DNA of 64,000 nucleotides, taken from a virus. The notes below the pieces were generated by a model that ran no database searches, was not told the origin of the DNA, and saw nothing but the letters and a program-made list of their open reading frames with translations. This document shows positions 1 through 9,324 of this stretch, in pieces (the first letter of the stretch is position 1; each line of letters opens with the position of its first letter). The translations under genes and the position numbers were made by a program. The DNA is taken from the IMG/VR virus record IMGVR_UViG_3300036893_000033, positions 30,888-94,887 of that record. The stretch is one strand, 5' to 3'.

Positions 1-236
1 GGCTGCTTCCTGGCGTTGGGGTCGCCGTTCTGCCGGAGGGTCGGATTGAAAGGCTCAGCGACGTCCTTCTGTTGGCATGGTGGCGGTTAACTGGCAAGTC
101 ACGAGATAACCCGGCGCCCGGCGGTTACGCCATGGATCGCGTCGTCTCCGTTATCGGCGCTGCGGAGCTTCCATACTACACGCTTCACGTCCCGGTAACC
201 GAGCAATATTTCGCCAACGGCATCCTGAACCACAAC
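1..236 (+). mobile_element. C-terminal part of an intein inserted in the terminase Walker A motif
   Basis: YYTLHVPVTEQYFANGILNHN fits intein blocks F/G; it ends in His-Asn (231-236) and is followed by the Ser of SGKT. Confidence 0.88.
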
Positions 237-1799
237 TCCGGCAAAACAGCGGTAATAGTCCGCAACATCATCAACCGCGCGTTGTTCAACGCGGGTAGCC
301 GCCATGTCAGCCTCAGGCTTCACCGCGTCAATGCCTGGGAGTCCCTCTGGCTCGACACAATCCCGAAGGTGATGGACCTTTTCTTTCCAGGGCTGCGCGC
401 GACGGTTAAGCTGAATCTCCAGTTTGGCTACATGACGTTCCCGAACGGCGCTGAGTATTGGGTCGGCGGGCTCGACGATAAAGACCGTGTTGACAAAGTA
501 CTTGGCAGGGAGTTCAGCACCATTCACATTAATGAATCTTCACAGATCTCATACCAGTCGGTTCTGACCGTCCGTACCCGCCTTGTGCAGCGCGTTGTGG
601 GGCGCAAGGGGCTCTGTGGTCAGTGCAAGGACCACTCGACGCACGTTACCCCTGAAGGCATAATCTCTTCCTGCTACCTGAAAAACAGGGAATTCCACGA
701 TCTCAACCCTATCGGGCGCGGGCACTGGAGTTACAAGGAGTTCCACCTCAACGTTGACCCGTTGTCGCCGGAGAAGAAGCTGAACCCCGCCGACTACGCC
801 TGGTTGAAGATGAACCCGGTCGATAACCTGCAAAACATCGACCCCGATTATTTGGCCATGCTCGACCGGATGCCGGCACGTATGCGCGCGCGGTTCAGGG
901 ATGGCGACTACCAGGACGAACTGCCGGGAGCGCTCTGGACCTCGATGGTACTGGATCGCTGTCTCGGAGATGTATGCGGCGGGACCAACGACTTCCCCGT
1001 CCCCATGCGCCGTATCGTCGTAGGCGTAGATCCGTCGGGAGCCTCAGGCGCTATCGGGGAAAAGGCCGACAACATCGGCATCGTCGTCTGCGGCATGGGC
1101 GAGGATAACCGCGCTTACGTCCTCGAAGACGCCAGCATGACGGGCTCCCCTGAAAAGTGGGCCTCCATGGTCAACGACATGTGGCTAAAATGGGGCGCGG
1201 ACCTGGTGGTCGCCGAACGGAATTACGGCGGGGAGATGGTCCGCAGCACGCTTCACCATGCAAACCCACACATGCGCGTGGACCTGGTAACTTCGTCGCG
1301 GGGGAAAATATTGAGAGCGGACCCCGTGTCTCTGCTGTACGAGAATCAGCCGACGCGAGTTATCCACTGCGGAGTATTCCAGACGCTCGAAGAGGAGATG
1401 TGCTCGATCCGCAGCGGCGACACGGCGGAGGATGTCAGGAAAAGACTGGGGCGTTCGCCGGGGTCGCTGGACGCCTGCGTGTTCGCGCTCACGGAGCTGT
1501 TCGGCTTAAACCGGAGCATGGGGCTGATCGAGTTAATGAAGAAGATGGCGGAGAACCCTGTGGTGCAGGGTCAGATTGGAGATAACGAGTTGGCCAAAAA
1601 GATTATGGGTAAGGTGGTTGGCAGTCAGATGACAAAGCCCGCAGTCGGGGATGAGACACTGGCGTGCCCCGCGTGTACGTCGGTGTCGGTGTCGCGGATG
1701 CAGCAGGGCTGGCGGTGCTCGCAGTGCGCGCACGTCTGGGGAAATCTGATATTGCCGCCGGGGATGCCGAAGAGGGGTGACGTGGCGAAGACGTGGTGA
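1..1799 (+). CDS. terL: Terminase large subunit, 5'-truncated, intein-containing
   Basis: Frame is open from the window start. Walker A remnant SGKT, Walker B-like IHINES, nuclease motifs IVVGVDPS, AERNYGG and SPGSLDA; C-terminal CPAC..CSQC zinc ribbon. Confidence 0.93.
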   Translation, partial: LLPGVGVAVLPEGRIERLSDVLLLAWWRLTGKSRDNPAPGGYAMDRVVSVIGAAELPYYTLHVPVTEQYFANGILNHNSGKTAVIVRNIINRALFNAGSRHVSLRLHRVNAWESLWLDTIPKVMDLFFPGLRATVKLNLQFGYMTFPNGAEYWVGGLDDKDRVDKVLGREFSTIHINESSQISYQSVLTVRTRLVQRVVGRKGLCGQCKDHSTHVTPEGIISSCYLKNREFHDLNPIGRGHWSYKEFHLNVDPLSPEKKLNPADYAWLKMNPVDNLQNIDPDYLAMLDRMPARMRARFRDGDYQDELPGALWTSMVLDRCLGDVCGGTNDFPVPMRRIVVGVDPSGASGAIGEKADNIGIVVCGMGEDNRAYVLEDASMTGSPEKWASMVNDMWLKWGADLVVAERNYGGEMVRSTLHHANPHMRVDLVTSSRGKILRADPVSLLYENQPTRVIHCGVFQTLEEEMCSIRSGDTAEDVRKRLGRSPGSLDACVFALTELFGLNRSMGLIELMKKMAENPVVQGQIGDNELAKKIMGKVVGSQMTKPAVGDETLACPACTSVSVSRMQQGWRCSQCAHVWGNLILPPGMPKRGDVAKTW

Positions 1800-1958
1800 C
1801 AGGGGGATGAGGGAGGGTGGATATGCGCAGGCAGGACAGCAGGCCGGGCACTCGCTGCGCCTGCGGACAGCCAGCCGCCGAGCACATAGCTCCGCCCACG
1901 CAGGAGTTAAAGAAACCCGCCGGGGTGAATATGTCGCTCAGGAAATGACCGCCGGTAG

Positions 1959-2156
1959 TCACCTGGGCAGCGTTAGCGGTGAGAGGTAGCCAGCAGCGCC
2001 GAACAGGAAACTGAGCAGCCATAGGCACACGCAGACCACGACTACGACGCGGATGATCTTTTGAATCATGGCGTCCATGGGTATTTGCTCGATCACCCAC
2101 AAGATGAGACCCACAACCACGAGCGCGATGATGATTTGGATTAACGGGAATGGCAT
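1959..2156 (-). CDS. Small two-TM membrane protein (Thivi_2564-like)
   Basis: LIQIIIALVVVGLILWVIEQIPM..IIRVVVVVCVCLWLL. Confidence 0.7.
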   Translation of the reverse strand: MPFPLIQIIIALVVVGLILWVIEQIPMDAMIQKIIRVVVVVCVCLWLLSFLFGAAGYLSPLTLPR

Positions 2157-2193
2157 GCCGCGAGTAGTGCATGGCGGTGGCCGAAAAAAATGG

Positions 2194-2223
2194 TTGACAG
2201 CGGCTGTCATCTAAGGTTACAGT
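2194..2223 (+). promoter_or_regulatory. Sigma70-type promoter with overlapping palindromic operator
   Basis: TTGACA (2194) N18 TACAGT (2218); inverted repeat TGACAGC-G-GCTGTCA at 2195-2209; ATG 7 nt after the -10. Confidence 0.7.
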
Positions 2224-2230
2224 TTAGAGC

Positions 2231-2410
2231 ATGACATCGGACAGCAAGGTTCTCAGCATCAGGCTTCCAGGCTCTGCGTTTCGCAGGCTGGCCAGGATGG
2301 CATCGCAGCAGGAGCGAAAGCCCAGCGCGATGGCCGCACTTCTCGTGAAGCGCGGACTGCCCGAGGAAGCCGTAGCGGTTAAGCAAGCGCGGCGGGAAGT
2401 GTATCCGTGA
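2231..2410 (+). CDS. Ribbon-helix-helix DNA-binding protein (59 aa, not in the ORF track)
   Basis: MTSDSKVLSIRLPGSAFRRLARMASQQERKPSAMAALLVKRGL fits the RHH pattern. Confidence 0.75.
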   Translation: MTSDSKVLSIRLPGSAFRRLARMASQQERKPSAMAALLVKRGLPEEAVAVKQARREVYP

Positions 2411-2553
2411 CGAATGGACAGAAGAGGATCATGTTCTGGTCCGGTTATGTGACTGCCGGTATCGCGGGTGCTGCCTCTGATGGATATCATGGGGCGAATG
2501 AATGACGCGCTAGAGGATTTTTCGTGGTTGTTTCCTGACGTGGGGGGTGACGA

Positions 2554-2808
2554 ATGGTGATCCTTGAGCACGAAGATCCGACGCCGGGCCACTGGGCAAG
2601 GAAAGCCTTCAACAACGCCACCTCCCGACCCTCTGTCTGGCCTCCCTTCCAGGCGTATCCGGCGCTATGGCGCATGTCGAACCGTTCAGGCCGGAAATAT
2701 TACCCTGTGCGCGTGATGTCTCCGCCCGACCGTGGCCAGGTGCGCTGCTGGGTGGATGATGTGGTTTTTAAGTGGATTCCTTTGGGTGAGATTTTGGGTG
2801 CAGAATGA
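2554..2808 (+). CDS. Hypothetical protein
   Basis: ATGA overlap with the next ORF at 2805. Confidence 0.45.
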   Translation: MVILEHEDPTPGHWARKAFNNATSRPSVWPPFQAYPALWRMSNRSGRKYYPVRVMSPPDRGQVRCWVDDVVFKWIPLGEILGAE

Positions 2809-2994
2809 ACCGCAGAGACATGCTTAGGCTGTTCGGTGTAGGCGCAACGATAGTCCCCGTGGTCGGCGGGACGGTCCCGATGTTAAGGTTGGGGACCTAA
2901 TAGCCACCAAGAAGAGGCTATTTCTTGTTGAAAAAATTCCAGACGAGGATGGCGTGTGGCACACGATTGAGGCTCTCGACATGGACGGCAAGCT

Positions 2995-3318
2995 ATGACA
3001 TTCACGCGCAAAAACAACCTCATAATCCCCGAAGACGAGCCGCTCAAGGGCCGCTCTCAGGTCGGGTATTCGCGGCGTGGCTTCCTTGGGATGCTGGCGG
3101 CGGGGGCGACGCTGGCGGCGGTGCCAGACCCCATCCCCCGCAACGTAACAGCATGGATCAGCCTTGGGCGAGACCACTACACTGATTTTCCCACGCCCAC
3201 AAGGCAGCGGACGTTCGGCATTTACGCTGAGGTTCTGTCGATCTCAGTTCCGTTCCAGTTTCAAGGTACAGCACGAAAAGAGACGGTGCGCTACCGCCGT
3301 GCGGTCGCGGACGCATGA
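2995..3318 (+). CDS. Hypothetical protein with twin-arginine-like motif
   Basis: SRRGFLGMLAAGATLAA. Confidence 0.55.
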   Translation: MTFTRKNNLIIPEDEPLKGRSQVGYSRRGFLGMLAAGATLAAVPDPIPRNVTAWISLGRDHYTDFPTPTRQRTFGIYAEVLSISVPFQFQGTARKETVRYRRAVADA

Positions 3319-3698
3319 ACATCCTGAACCGCCTCGGACTCTCCCCCTTCGGCGCCTATGTGCTGGGCACCGCGCTGGTCGCGTGGTCCACTGCCGCAGC
3401 CTGCCGCCACTCCTGGCTGCTGTCGATAGCGCCGCTCTGGCTCGCCGCCGCATGGGTGGCATGGAAGCTCAGCCAGCCCGTTAACGGAGACCCGGAACCA
3501 CTTAAGCCGTGGTGCCTGGCGTGCGGGTCGCGGAATATAAAGCCCGAGTGGAATACGGCATCGCTGGTGCTGCACCTGCACTGTGCGATGTGCGGAGCCG
3601 CATGGGCAACGAAGTCGGTGGCTGAGGGCGTGGGCATTAAACCGGACACATGGCGGCCGCATCCGGGGGCAGTGGCGCAGAAGGAAGAGAAAAAATGA
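3315..3698 (+). CDS. Membrane protein with zinc ribbon
   Basis: Two hydrophobic segments, then CLACG...CAMCG; ATGA-coupled on both sides. Confidence 0.65.
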   Translation: MNILNRLGLSPFGAYVLGTALVAWSTAAACRHSWLLSIAPLWLAAAWVAWKLSQPVNGDPEPLKPWCLACGSRNIKPEWNTASLVLHLHCAMCGAAWATKSVAEGVGIKPDTWRPHPGAVAQKEEKK

Positions 3699-3988
3699 CC
3701 ACCGAAGAAAAACAGAAACTATGGGATGGACGTCCGTCCGCGTGGATCACAGGCGAAGGTGTGCGTGGGATGGTGGATGCGGCGTTTGCGCGTCACGCGG
3801 AACTGGCAGGCCAGAAAGTCGATGACTTCATGATGAAGATCACGGGTGAGGAAAAAGCTGGTATCTCTGATTCCATGTCCCGCGAACCGATGATTATGAT
3901 TGGGGCGATCATTGGGTATCTGGATGCGGTTTATGTTCAGCAGCACGGGATCACCATAGAGGAAATGGATGCGTTTGCCACGGAATAG
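3695..3988 (+). CDS. Hypothetical protein
   Basis: Translationally coupled ORF. Confidence 0.6.
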   Translation: MTTEEKQKLWDGRPSAWITGEGVRGMVDAAFARHAELAGQKVDDFMMKITGEEKAGISDSMSREPMIMIGAIIGYLDAVYVQQHGITIEEMDAFATE

Positions 3989-4230
3989 CCGTCTCTGGCT
4001 GTTGCGGTATCTGCGGGCGAAGTACGCGGTGCTGCGGAGGCGGCTACGTTGACTACGGCCTCCCCCCTCTGGCTGATCCGCCTGCAAGCCCGCTGGCGGA
4101 TATGGTGGAACCTCTGCCCCGCCTGTAACTCGGACGCGCCGGGGCTGGATACGTGCAAGTTGTGCTGCGGTGCGCGGGATTATCCGTTGACGGACGAGCA
4201 AATACAGCGGTACCGGAAGGCGTATTTACT

Positions 4231-4872
4231 TTGAATCCTTATGAGGTCCTCGACCTCCCCACCGACGCCACCGAATCCGATATCCGCGAAGCCTACCGTA
4301 TCCTGGCCAGACAGCACCACCCGGACATTACCGGCGACCCCGAGGCCTTCCTCCGCACCAAGAAAGCCCACGACATCCTGATCGACCCAAACACGCGGGC
4401 GGCATACGACGTCACCGGCCTTATCGCTGGTGAGGATAACGCAATCCTGAACGCGCTCACGCTGATCCGTCAGATCACGATGAGCATCCTGAACGATAAC
4501 CCGAACTGCAATATCCTTGAGGGCGTGCTGAATAGCCTGTCTTCGCAGGAGGCTACAGCGCGGGCCAGTATCTCGCAACTCAACCGCGTGACTGACAAGT
4601 GGCGGAAGGCGGGGGATAATATTACCGCGCGATGGAGGGGCGGGGATCGGGTTAAGCGGGCACTCCTGAACACCATCGAGAGTTCGATCAACGAGGCGGA
4701 AGAGGCCAAAGCTCCGCTGGAGGCTGAGATCAGGAAGATTGACCTGGCGCGTAAGCAACTGGATGACTCCCGGTATGAGATGCCGGAATCGCCGCGCACC
4801 AGGTACTCCGCTGAGTTGTTTGGGTCGCCTGCGTGGCAGGTTAAGGTGGGTGGGAAGTGGGAGGGACCGTGA
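4231..4872 (+). CDS. J-domain (DnaJ-like) co-chaperone with coiled coil
   Basis: NPYEVLDL..IREAYRILARQHHPD..F..AHDILIDP..RAAYD. Confidence 0.88.
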   Translation: MNPYEVLDLPTDATESDIREAYRILARQHHPDITGDPEAFLRTKKAHDILIDPNTRAAYDVTGLIAGEDNAILNALTLIRQITMSILNDNPNCNILEGVLNSLSSQEATARASISQLNRVTDKWRKAGDNITARWRGGDRVKRALLNTIESSINEAEEAKAPLEAEIRKIDLARKQLDDSRYEMPESPRTRYSAELFGSPAWQVKVGGKWEGP

Positions 4873-4952
4873 CGCTGCCAGCACCCACGCCGACCTCCTA
4901 TCTCCCTGATTTATAGCGCCTACCCGCCTGTGTTTGCTACCCTGAACGCAGC

Positions 4953-7900
4953 ATGCGTCTCATTCAGGCTCCGATAGTTCGTAACATCGCCCCACTGGCC
5001 AATGCCGTTGCGAACGGCGCCCGTCGCATGGCGAATGGCCTGTTCCGCCCGCCTCCATCCACCATCGCGGGGGTAGATTCCCGCAACTGGCCGTCAGCGT
5101 TGCAGCCGATACAGCCGATGGGGCCGCCAGGCTCGCAGCCGTTGGGGATGAATTTCTTCTACGGGCAGAATCTGGTTTATACGCCGAGGCCGGATGCTGA
5201 GTACACGGCGGCTCAACTTAAGACCCTTTCGCAATACCCACTAGCCCGCATCTGTATTGAGAACGTCAAAGACACGATCTGCTACCTGCCGTGGCGCATC
5301 CAACTGAAGCCGGTTGCTGGCGAGATGCACACCGACCGCGCTAAGCGCGCCATGAGGGACAAGAACATCGGCAGACTGACCGGGCTGTTCGAGTGCCCCG
5401 ATGGCCAGCAGCCGTGGTCGCAGTGGTTGAGGCCATTCCTTGATGCGATGCTCGTTACCGACAGCGCATGTTTCGCCGTGGAGCGCGGCAGTAGGGGCGG
5501 CATTCCGCGCCTCAAGGTGCTCCTGAGTAGTGATTCCATTGCGCGTTATATTGACGACACTGGGTTCACGCCGGAGCCTCCAAGCCCTGCATATAGTCAG
5601 CTCTGGGACGGGATTCCAAGGATCGATTGCACTACGGATCAGCTATTTTACGTGCCCCGAAACATCGCTCCGCGCAACACAATGTCGAGCGCGCTCTACG
5701 GATTCGGCAGCGTCGAGCAACTCGCCAAACTCATCGAGATCGGCATAGCTCGCCTCATTTTCGTATATGCGTACTATCGCTCTGGCAGCATCCCCGACAT
5801 GCTCCATATCGCCCCCGCCGACGTGACCGCCAAAGAGGCCACCGAGGCGATGCAGTGGATGAACTCAGAACTGTCCGGGCAACTCGATACCCGCCGTGGG
5901 TACCGCGTCATTCAGGGATTTCAGCGGGACGGAAAACAGGAGCAGATCCTATTCCCGAAGGAACCGCTGCTGACTGACCTGTTCGACGACTACCTGATCC
6001 ATCAGATTTCGTTCGGGATTGGATGCTCAGCACAACGACTCCTGAAATCGATGAACCGCGCATCAGCTGTCGCGGCTCAGGACGCCGCCGAAGAAGAAGG
6101 CACGGCCCCGTACGTCCAGTGGCTCCAGGCACAGCTAAACTTCTTCATCCAGCGCAGGCTAGGCTACCCGGAGTACGAAATCTCCTTCGACCCCCAAATG
6201 GAACTGGACGGCCTCAAGCAAATGGAGATCGACACCGGCTACGTCAAGAGCGGCATCTACACGATCAACGAACGCCGGGAGCTCAGAGGCGACGATCCAC
6301 GCGCTGAGCCACAGGCGGACCAACTCGGGGCGTTGACGCCTAACGGCTGGCTTGCCATCGGAGCGCCCCCCGCAAACTCAGACGACCCTAAGCCGAAACC
6401 ACAAGTAGCGCCACCTGAACCCGCCCGCTCCCGCAAGTCCAGCAGGGTCATCCTGGTCGAGCGCGGCGACCCCATGCCGATGTTTGTGCCGGGGACCCAG
6501 GTCGAGAAGGTCTGGTCGATACCTTCGGGTAAGGTGTTTGACGCGGTGCCGGTTGACGAGGATGCGCCGTTGATGCTCCGTGGCCTCGAGAAGTATTCCT
6601 ACGGGAGTACGCAGGTAGACATCGCCCCTGCCAGTGACGCAGGCATGAAGCTAGCCGCACTGCGGGCGTCCATCGATAAATCGCATTTGATGGCGAAGGG
6701 ACTGGAGAATACCCCCCACATAACGGTTCGTTATGGCTTCAAGGGCGACACCGCCGCCATCCGTAAGCATCTCCGCGATATGCCGCCGTTCAATATCGCC
6801 TTCGGCAAGGTAGCGGCATTCGATCCGACCGCCAACAGCGATGACGCCGCGCCATTGCACGTTGAGGTTGAGTCTTCGGATCTGGCATCCATCAACGCAT
6901 CCATCGTGGCACACGGCGACTGGAAGAAAGCCGACTTCGAGTATCACCCGCACGCCACCATCGCCTACGTAAATCCAGACAATGCAGCGTCGTATGTGGA
7001 GTCCATGAGCACCGCCATGGCGGGCCTGACATACAACGTAACCGCGATCACAATCAGCCCCAGGGACGGTGATCCAGAGCGCGTGGAACTGTTGGGCGTT
7101 CCCGCTGCGCTGAAGACGGCCAAGGGTGACGGGACAGACCCCTTCACCGACCGCGCACCGCAACCCGTTACCGTCTCCACGCCGGCGATCTCAGCCGAAG
7201 CTGATCCGACCTCCGAAGCCAGCAACGATCCTGCGGATGACGCCAGCACAAAACACCTGAAGCTTCAGATGAAGCAGGATGTCCACAAGTGGCTTACTGG
7301 CATCAAGTCAGGCGTTATCACCAGAATCTCCAGCGTCAAGAAAATCTCCAGAGGCAAACTCCGCAAAGACGACCAGCGCGATATGATCCTGTACGCCGCG
7401 TTGGACTACGAAGTCTTCGAACTGCCGTCTATCGTGGAGGAAACTTTGTACGAAGCCGCGCACTCAGGTGCGCTCCGTGGATTGTCGCAAGTGCAGGCCG
7501 TGTCTTCGGTGAACATCGGCACACAGCAGCAACTGGCGCGCGAGTTTGCACAGGATCGCGCCGCCGAGATGGTCGGCATGAAGTGGGTGGACGGGGAGCT
7601 GGTGGCTAATCCGAATGCCGCGTGGAGTATCGACGCGACCACGCGGGAGGCGATCCGCAAGGCGGTCACGGATGCTTTCTCGGCGGAGACGAAGATGACC
7701 GACCTCATCCAGGCCATCAAGGACCTGGACACGTTCGATGAGGCGCGAGCGGAGAATATCGCTGTCACCGAGGTTCACAACGCGCAGTCGGCGGGAAATT
7801 ACGCCGCTTGGGAGCAGACTGGGGTGGTGTTGGCTACGAAGATCGTATGCTCTAGTCTTGGACCGTGTAAGATATGCGCAGCTAACGAAGCAGCAGGGTC

Positions 7901-8000
7901 GGTGCCGTTTGGCCAGAAGTTTCCGTCGGGACATGTCCGACCGCCATTTCATCTGGGTGGATGTCGCTGTATACAGACCGGGACTGAGTTTAAGAAGTAG
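4953..8000 (+). CDS. Portal protein fused to a 2H phosphoesterase and a MuF (head morphogenesis) domain
   Basis: Portal motifs (YGFGSVEQL, SGSIP, TINERRELRG); two HxT motifs, PHITV (~6717) and PHATI (~6951); C-terminal RAENIAVTE..C..C..PPFHLGGCRC. Confidence 0.88.
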   Translation: MRLIQAPIVRNIAPLANAVANGARRMANGLFRPPPSTIAGVDSRNWPSALQPIQPMGPPGSQPLGMNFFYGQNLVYTPRPDAEYTAAQLKTLSQYPLARICIENVKDTICYLPWRIQLKPVAGEMHTDRAKRAMRDKNIGRLTGLFECPDGQQPWSQWLRPFLDAMLVTDSACFAVERGSRGGIPRLKVLLSSDSIARYIDDTGFTPEPPSPAYSQLWDGIPRIDCTTDQLFYVPRNIAPRNTMSSALYGFGSVEQLAKLIEIGIARLIFVYAYYRSGSIPDMLHIAPADVTAKEATEAMQWMNSELSGQLDTRRGYRVIQGFQRDGKQEQILFPKEPLLTDLFDDYLIHQISFGIGCSAQRLLKSMNRASAVAAQDAAEEEGTAPYVQWLQAQLNFFIQRRLGYPEYEISFDPQMELDGLKQMEIDTGYVKSGIYTINERRELRGDDPRAEPQADQLGALTPNGWLAIGAPPANSDDPKPKPQVAPPEPARSRKSSRVILVERGDPMPMFVPGTQVEKVWSIPSGKVFDAVPVDEDAPLMLRGLEKYSYGSTQVDIAPASDAGMKLAALRASIDKSHLMAKGLENTPHITVRYGFKGDTAAIRKHLRDMPPFNIAFGKVAAFDPTANSDDAAPLHVEVESSDLASINASIVAHGDWKKADFEYHPHATIAYVNPDNAASYVESMSTAMAGLTYNVTAITISPRDGDPERVELLGVPAALKTAKGDGTDPFTDRAPQPVTVSTPAISAEADPTSEASNDPADDASTKHLKLQMKQDVHKWLTGIKSGVITRISSVKKISRGKLRKDDQRDMILYAALDYEVFELPSIVEETLYEAAHSGALRGLSQVQAVSSVNIGTQQQLAREFAQDRAAEMVGMKWVDGELVANPNAAWSIDATTREAIRKAVTDAFSAETKMTDLIQAIKDLDTFDEARAENIAVTEVHNAQSAGNYAAWEQTGVVLATKIVCSSLGPCKICAANEAAGSVPFGQKFPSGHVRPPFHLGGCRCIQTGTEFKK

Positions 8001-8229
8001 TGGTTTTCGGCGTTATCGGCTGTAATGCTGGTGGCCGCTCCCGTGACCCGCTGAACTTCCCATCGATCCATCCCATCACGATTCGCGTCAATGTCGATGT
8101 CAAGACCATCGGTCTGCTCATCTCAGGAACGAATCGCAGATAGTTCCCGGTTCCGTCCGCAAGCAGCGACTGGATGCGCTCCATGTCTCGTTGAGTGGGG
8201 ATGTCGCGGTTGCTGAGCAGGATGGTCAT
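7990..8229 (-). CDS. Hypothetical protein
   Basis: Last gene of a coupled reverse-strand cassette. Confidence 0.5.
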   Translation of the reverse strand: MTILLSNRDIPTQRDMERIQSLLADGTGNYLRFVPEMSRPMVLTSTLTRIVMGWIDGKFSGSRERPPALQPITPKTTTS

Positions 8230-8759
8230 ATACTCTCCACCACAAACGGCCCCCGCACCATGCAGTTATGCCGCTCCGCAGCCTGAAGCGCGACCGTTAT
8301 CCGCGCCGCTGGCTCCATCCCATGCGTAGCAAACAACGCCCCACGCGCCAGTGCATGTCCCGACCCGCAGGCGTCGTACCCGTCCAGCGGTTCCTCCACC
8401 TGATAATCGCCATCAATGAGAAACAGTCTTCCCTGATAGCCGATCAGGAACGTCCCTCCGCTCTCGACTTCCTTGTCCTTCGAAGCCATACCGGCCTCCT
8501 TCAGGCAGGCTCGCACCGCATCCACGAACGTCGTCACCATGTAGGAAAAAATCTCCTGATCGTGGCGCTCTGGCGGTTGGAATTTGTAACGGAGAACCTG
8601 CCCCATGCGGAAGCTGGAGGTGAACCCGAACAGGAAGTCTCCGTTGCGGAATATCTTCGGGTCGGCACGGAGCGTTAAATCTGGACCACAGGAACCCGCG
8701 CTGTCGCCGCCGATCCAGACCCTGCCGTCTGTGTGGATGAAGCCTGCTATGGCGGTCAA
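8226..8759 (-). CDS. HslV/proteasome-beta-like Ntn protease
   Basis: N-terminal Thr after Met (TAIAG), GGDS, KIF, ACGSG..LARGAL. Confidence 0.8.
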   Translation of the reverse strand: MTAIAGFIHTDGRVWIGGDSAGSCGPDLTLRADPKIFRNGDFLFGFTSSFRMGQVLRYKFQPPERHDQEIFSYMVTTFVDAVRACLKEAGMASKDKEVESGGTFLIGYQGRLFLIDGDYQVEEPLDGYDACGSGHALARGALFATHGMEPAARITVALQAAERHNCMVRGPFVVESI

Positions 8760-9013
8760 TCAGCGGACCCCATGAACCTCGGGGCCAGCGGTTCCGTGGC
8801 TGGCTTCAGTCCCAGCGCCGACCCCTCCGCAGTAAATCGCTTGTCCCGCTCAGCCAACAGCGCGTCCGCACGCTCAGCGGCAAGCTGCGCAGAGCGATCC
8901 TTGACATTGTCTAGCATTTCCCCGTTCGGACCTACCCTAATGAAGGTGCATTCTGAGGCGTGCGCAGCGAACCTATCCCACGCCTGCTGGCGGGCGATGT
9001 CGAAGTCGGTCAC
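8756..9013 (-). CDS. Hypothetical protein
   Basis: Coupled ORF; AAERADALLAER pattern common in small phage proteins. Confidence 0.6.
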   Translation of the reverse strand: MTDFDIARQQAWDRFAAHASECTFIRVGPNGEMLDNVKDRSAQLAAERADALLAERDKRFTAEGSALGLKPATEPLAPRFMGSAD

Positions 9014-9246
9014 CTGCCACCGCCCCCTTCAATAAAAGCGTCCACGTCTTCTGGTCTGTAGCGAACGGACGCGCCGATCTTGATGAATTTCGGGGGCATG
9101 TCGAGCCTCCGTCTCTTCCTGATCGCAGCAAGCGAGAGGCACAGCAAGTCCGACACTTCTTCCTCTGTCATCAGACGCCACGACCTCGTCTTTCCTGGTT
9201 CTCCCGTCTTCGCCATTAACAACAGCCTACCAAAAATGAGATACAC
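9010..9246 (-). CDS. AlpA/excisionase-like HTH protein
   Basis: LMTEEEVSDLL.LS...IRKRR....PKFIKIGASVRYRPEDVDAFI. Confidence 0.8.
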   Translation of the reverse strand: MYLIFGRLLLMAKTGEPGKTRSWRLMTEEEVSDLLCLSLAAIRKRRRLDMPPKFIKIGASVRYRPEDVDAFIEGGGGR

Positions 9247-9324
9247 GCCGCTACTGGTGGTTATGTATGAATGTCATTTTTACGGCACTTGCCTGGGAAT
9301 AACATCGCATGACAACACTAAACA

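Noticed and set aside
9010-9246. Excisionase marking an integration module
   Set aside because: No integrase or att-like site nearby; lifestyle cannot be determined from this window.
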